From the NCBI GenBank assembly GCA_963842755.1, contig CAWJIC010000075.1, positions 85,180 through 149,179 on the forward strand: DNA of 64,000 bases, in the 5' to 3' direction. Source of the DNA: an uncultured Chloroflexia bacterium (lineage in GTDB: Bacteria > Chloroflexota > Limnocylindria > Limnocylindrales > CSP1-4). The notes under the pieces were generated by a model. It was not told where the DNA came from and searched no databases. It was given only the letters and a program-made list of their open reading frames with translations. The stretch's first letter is position 1; each line of letters begins with the position of its first letter. A program made the position numbers and the translations under genes. Below, piece after piece: positions 60,656-64,000 of the stretch.

Positions 60656-61514
60656 ATGACGGCCGAGACGACGCTCGCTCGCGAGAAGACCGGGATCCCG
60701 AAGAATCCGGGGCGGCGCGACCTCGGGATGAAGGCGACCCTCCTCTTCCCCAACCGCGAGATCGTCGAGCAGTTCTACGTCCCGCTCATCTACACCGCCT
60801 GCCGGACGTGCTACTCGGAGCTCGAGCCGGACGAGATCTTCCGCCGCGCGGTGGCCGGGGAGATCGATCCGGCCAAGCAGCAGAAGCTCATCCAGGGGGT
60901 GATCGAGTCGGGCCACGGCTCGACGATCGAGCACATCGTGTTCACGTTCGGGATCAGCGGCGTGTCGCGGACGCTCTCCCACCAGCTCGTCCGCCACCGC
61001 GCCGGCGTCGCGTTCGACCAGCAGAGCCAGCGCTACGTCACGTTCAAGGGCGCCTCGACGATGCTGCCGGCCACCCTGGCCGAGGCGGACCCTGCCCTGC
61101 GCGAGCGGTACGAGGAACAGATCGATGGGTCGATCGAGCTGTACGGGGAGCTCGTCGGCGGCCGGGATCCCCGGCGAGGACGCCCGGTTCGTCTTCCCCA
61201 ACGCGACCCGGACGAACCTGGTGATGACCACGAACCTCCGCGCGCTCATCCACATGAGCGGGCTGCGCCTGTGCACGATGGCCCAGTGGGAGATCCGCCG
61301 GCTGTTCCAGCTCATCCGCCACGAGATCTTCGGGGTCTCGCCCGTTCCTCGGCTCGTTCCTCGCCCCGAAGTGCGTCGCCCTGGGCTACTGCGACGAGAT
61401 GGGCAACCGCGACGAGCACTGCCCGATCCGGCCCCACAAGGACAACGTCCTCGGCGCCTGGGCAGAGAAGTCGAAGGCGGCCAGGGTCGCCGGCAGGGAG
61501 CTCTCCGTCCGCTG
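60656..61514 (+). CDS. thyX: Flavin-dependent thymidylate synthase ThyX with two frameshifts (near 61160 and 61340)
   Basis: ThyX motif RHRAGVAFDQQSQRY. Middle part ARFVFPNATRTNLVMTTNLRALIHMSGLRLC in a second frame. C-terminus PFLGSFLAPKCVALGYCDEMG...ELSVR, stopping at 61514, in a third frame. Confidence 0.8.
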
Positions 61515-61554
61515 AGCGTCGGCCCGCGCCGCCGATCGGCCTGCGTCCGCTGCC

Positions 61555-62232
61555 ATGGTCATCCGCCTCCAGTTCGATCGGATCCTCCCCGGCGGCGAGA
61601 TCGGGCCGCACCGCCACGGCGTGGAGACGATCGTCTACGTGGCCGGCGGGGAGATCGTCTTCCTCCACGGCGAGGACCTCGAGCGGCGGACCACCGTCGG
61701 CGCGGGCGACGTCCTGTACGAGGCGCCGGCCGAGTACCACACCGTCCGCAACGAGGGCGCGGTGGACGCCCTGGCGCTGCTGGCCGCGACCGACCCGGAC
61801 CCGCGCAACCCCGGGATCGTGATGCGCCACTGGGACGAGGAGGACGGGCCGGTCCGCCGTCGCGCACGCGCCCGGGTCGAGACTGCCGCCGGGATCGGCC
61901 GGCGGCACCTCGTCGAGCCGGGCGACTTCGGCAGCGCGACGTTCACGATCACCGAGGTCGAGCTGGCGCCCGGCGCCGTCAACGACTGGCATCGCCACCC
62001 GGTCGCCGAGCAGGCGATCGTCGTCTTCGAGGGCCGTGGCGTGGTCATCGTCGACCGGATCGAGGAGACGCTAGAGCCGCTCAAGGGGATCCGGGTCGAG
62101 GCCGGCCGGCCCCACCGGATCGCCAACACCGGGCGGAGGCCGCTGCGCTACTACGTCTGCGCCACGCCCGGGACGGATCCGTCCGTCGACCGCGAGCCCG
62201 CGGCAGCGCCGCAGCGCCGGCTGGACGGGTAG
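61555..62232 (+). CDS. Bicupin (two cupin_2 domains) protein
   Basis: Two cupin motifs (GPHRHGVETIVYVAGGE; WHRHPVAEQAIVVFEGRG). Confidence 0.7.
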   Translation: MVIRLQFDRILPGGEIGPHRHGVETIVYVAGGEIVFLHGEDLERRTTVGAGDVLYEAPAEYHTVRNEGAVDALALLAATDPDPRNPGIVMRHWDEEDGPVRRRARARVETAAGIGRRHLVEPGDFGSATFTITEVELAPGAVNDWHRHPVAEQAIVVFEGRGVVIVDRIEETLEPLKGIRVEAGRPHRIANTGRRPLRYYVCATPGTDPSVDREPAAAPQRRLDG

Positions 62233-62256
62233 AGCCGCCTGCGCAACGGCCCAGGA

Positions 62257-63123
62257 TCAGCCGGCGGCCGGCAGCCCCGCGACGAACCTCCGGATGACCC
62301 GGGCCAGGCGCGGGCCGGCCTCGGCGCCGGCCTCGAGGACCTCATCGTGGCTGAGCGGCTGGCCGGAGTAGCCGGCGCCCGCGTTGGTGACGAGCGAGAC
62401 GCCGCAGACCTCGATCCCGGCCCAGCGGCAGGCGATCGCCTCGAGCACGGTCGACATCCCGACCGCGTCGGCGCCGAGCGTGCGGAGCATCCGGACCTCG
62501 GCCGGGGTCTCGTAGCTGGGGCCGAGCAGGCCGACGTAGACGCCCTCCTCGAACGGGACGGCCTCGGCATCGAACGCCGCCCGGAGGCGCTCGCGGAGGC
62601 GGGGGCTCCAGACATCCGTGAGGTCTGTGAAGCGCGGGCCGATCTCGTCGGCGTTCGGGCCGAGGAGCGGCGTCCGGCCGGTCAGGTTGATGTGGTCGGC
62701 GACGACCATCAGCGCGCCCGGGCCATAGTCCGGATTCACCCCGCCCGCGGCGTTGGTCAGGACGACGACCCGGGCCCCCAGCCGGCCCATGAGGAGGACG
62801 GGCTGGATGACCAGCCCCGGATCGTTTCCCTCGTAGACATGCAGGCGCCCCTGGAGCACGACCACCGGAACGCCCGCGAGACGGCCCAGGAGGAGGCGCC
62901 CGAGGTGGCCGGGCGCCGTCGCGGCAGGCCAGCCCGGCAGGTCGGCGAAGGGGATCGCGACCACGTCGGCCAGATCGTCGGCGAGGCCGCCGAGCCCGGA
63001 GCCGAGGACCATCCCGACGCTCGGCACGAGGTCCGTCCGGGTGCGCACCGCGGCCTCCAGGGCGGCCAGCCGGGCGGGTTGCTCGGCCGGGGGGATCGGG
63101 CGGGCGCGGTCGAGGTCGGACAT
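62257..63123 (-). CDS. Purine nucleoside phosphorylase (PNP/MTAP family)
   Basis: VGMVLGSGLG phosphate-binding loop, HVYEG, VVLTNAAGG and MSTVLEAI blocks of trimeric PNPs. Confidence 0.85.
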   Translation of the reverse strand: MSDLDRARPIPPAEQPARLAALEAAVRTRTDLVPSVGMVLGSGLGGLADDLADVVAIPFADLPGWPAATAPGHLGRLLLGRLAGVPVVVLQGRLHVYEGNDPGLVIQPVLLMGRLGARVVVLTNAAGGVNPDYGPGALMVVADHINLTGRTPLLGPNADEIGPRFTDLTDVWSPRLRERLRAAFDAEAVPFEEGVYVGLLGPSYETPAEVRMLRTLGADAVGMSTVLEAIACRWAGIEVCGVSLVTNAGAGYSGQPLSHDEVLEAGAEAGPRLARVIRRFVAGLPAAG

Positions 63124-63161
63124 TGCCGGAGTCTACGGCTCGGCCGGGCTCGCGTGCGCGG

Positions 63162-63219
63162 CGCCCGGAGCGTGGACCAGCGGGCACCCGCGCCCGGAGC
63201 GCGGACCGGCGGGCACCCG
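63162..63219. repeat. 29-bp tandem direct repeat (x2) in the upstream region of the PNP gene
   Basis: cgcccggagcgtggaccagcgggcacccg and cgcccggagcgcggaccggcgggcacccg, followed by further gcggaccggcgggc copies. Confidence 0.6.
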
Positions 63220-63600
63220 GCACCCAGCGGACGGGCGCGCGGACCGGCGGGCGCGCGGGCGCCCGGCGAGCGCCTGGGGGTGAGGCGGCCGAGCGGCCCG
63301 CGGGCTTCGATCGACCCGGGGGAGTACCGACACCGGGATGCCGGTCACGTCCCCACGGGCGACCCGGGCCGGACGACGGTGAGGTCGGGCGGCCCGGAAA
63401 CGAAACGCCCGAAGCGACCGGTTGAGGCTCGAGACTCTTGATGTGATCTCGAGTGGCCGGGTCCCTGACGGCCCCTTCGGGCAAGGACGACGTTACGGGC
63501 CGCTCTCCGGGGCGTCAACGCGCTTATCCACGAGAATCGTCGACCGGCCGCCGGGCGTGTCCACCGGATTCATCCACGTGTGGACAGGCGGTGGAGAACC

Positions 63601-64000
63601 TACCCGCCCATCGCGAACATCTCGACCCTGGGGAGGTCGCGGGTCGACTCGGAGCGGAGCTCGGAGTAGCGGTCCGCGCGGCCGGCCCACACCGAGCGGA
63701 CCAGGGAGGCCAGCTCGTCGTCGGACGCGCCGGACCGGAGCGCGGCCCGCAGGTCCGTCCCCTTCGCCGCGAAGAGGCAGGTGTAGAGCTGCCCTCGGCG
63801 GAGATCCGGGCCCGCGTGCAGTCTCCGCAGAACGGCTGGGTCACCGACGCGATCACCCCGACCTCGCCGCCGCCGTCGCGATAGCGCCAGCGGGTCGCGA
63901 CCTCGCCCGGATAGTTCGGCGGGATCGCCTCGAGGGGCATCTCGGCATGGATCACCGCGACGACCTCCGCCGCCGGCACGACCTCGTCGAGCCGCCAGCC
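63601..64000 (-). CDS. moaA: GTP 3',8-cyclase MoaA, C-terminal part (gene starts beyond the window end); one frameshift near 63870
   Basis: [22 protein letters not shown] in one frame. The expected continuation [18 protein letters not shown]...RVEMFAMGG*, with a stop near 63601, is in the adjacent frame. Confidence 0.75.

Noticed and set aside
63574-63583. 10-bp palindrome CCACGTGTGG
   Set aside because: On checking, the reverse complement is CCACACGTGG, so only the central CACGTG is palindromic. The real symmetric feature is the flanking TGTCCAC/GTGGACA pair.
63124-63600. Molybdenum-cofactor riboswitch associated with moaA
   Set aside because: The region lies at the 3' end of moaA, not its 5' leader. 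The moaA start is outside the window.

Overview
High-GC (about 70%+) actinobacterial-type chromosomal segment, densely coded on both strands, with no rRNA, tRNA, CRISPR array or transposase recognisable by eye. Core content: the C-terminal end of ccsA; three ABC-2 type exporter pairs; class II (B12-dependent) ribonucleotide reductase nrdJ behind NrdR boxes and a sigma70-like promoter; a PAC2 proteasome-accessory protein; a tyrosine phosphatase; a secreted S8 peptidase preceded by a secreted papain-like protein; DsbA; a DEAD-box helicase; monofunctional catalase; a SpoIID/LytB protein; Tag glycosylase; a GcvT-family protein and a dimethylglycine/sarcosine dehydrogenase; a vapBC toxin-antitoxin pair; a CocE/NonD hydrolase; L-2-hydroxyglutarate oxidase; thyX; purine nucleoside phosphorylase; and the 3' end of moaA. 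The most interesting candidate is a signalling island at 30.9-35.0 kb. It holds a sensor-less hybrid histidine kinase, two tandem XRE-HTH paralogs (one carrying a TPR domain, resembling RNPP-type peptide receptors), a LiaF-like toastrack protein, and an unannotated 36-codon ORF with a strong RBS whose product looks like a signal peptide followed by a 9-residue C-terminal peptide. This island lies next to an oligopeptide (opp) ABC importer operon. Other findings: GreA fused to a 245-aa N-terminal extension of unknown function; a divergent pair of genes that both begin with cNMP-binding domains (one continuing into an adenylate-cyclase/AAA/TPR regulator); repeat-rich intergenic regions; and a G-quadruplex-like tandem repeat upstream of the protease. 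Many genes carry frameshifts: nrdJ, thyX, moaA, one MFS transporter, lysE, the whole opp operon and both cNMP genes. Most are single-base indels in G/C runs. Because essential genes are hit, sequencing or assembly indel errors are as likely as genuine pseudogenisation; read-level data are needed to decide.
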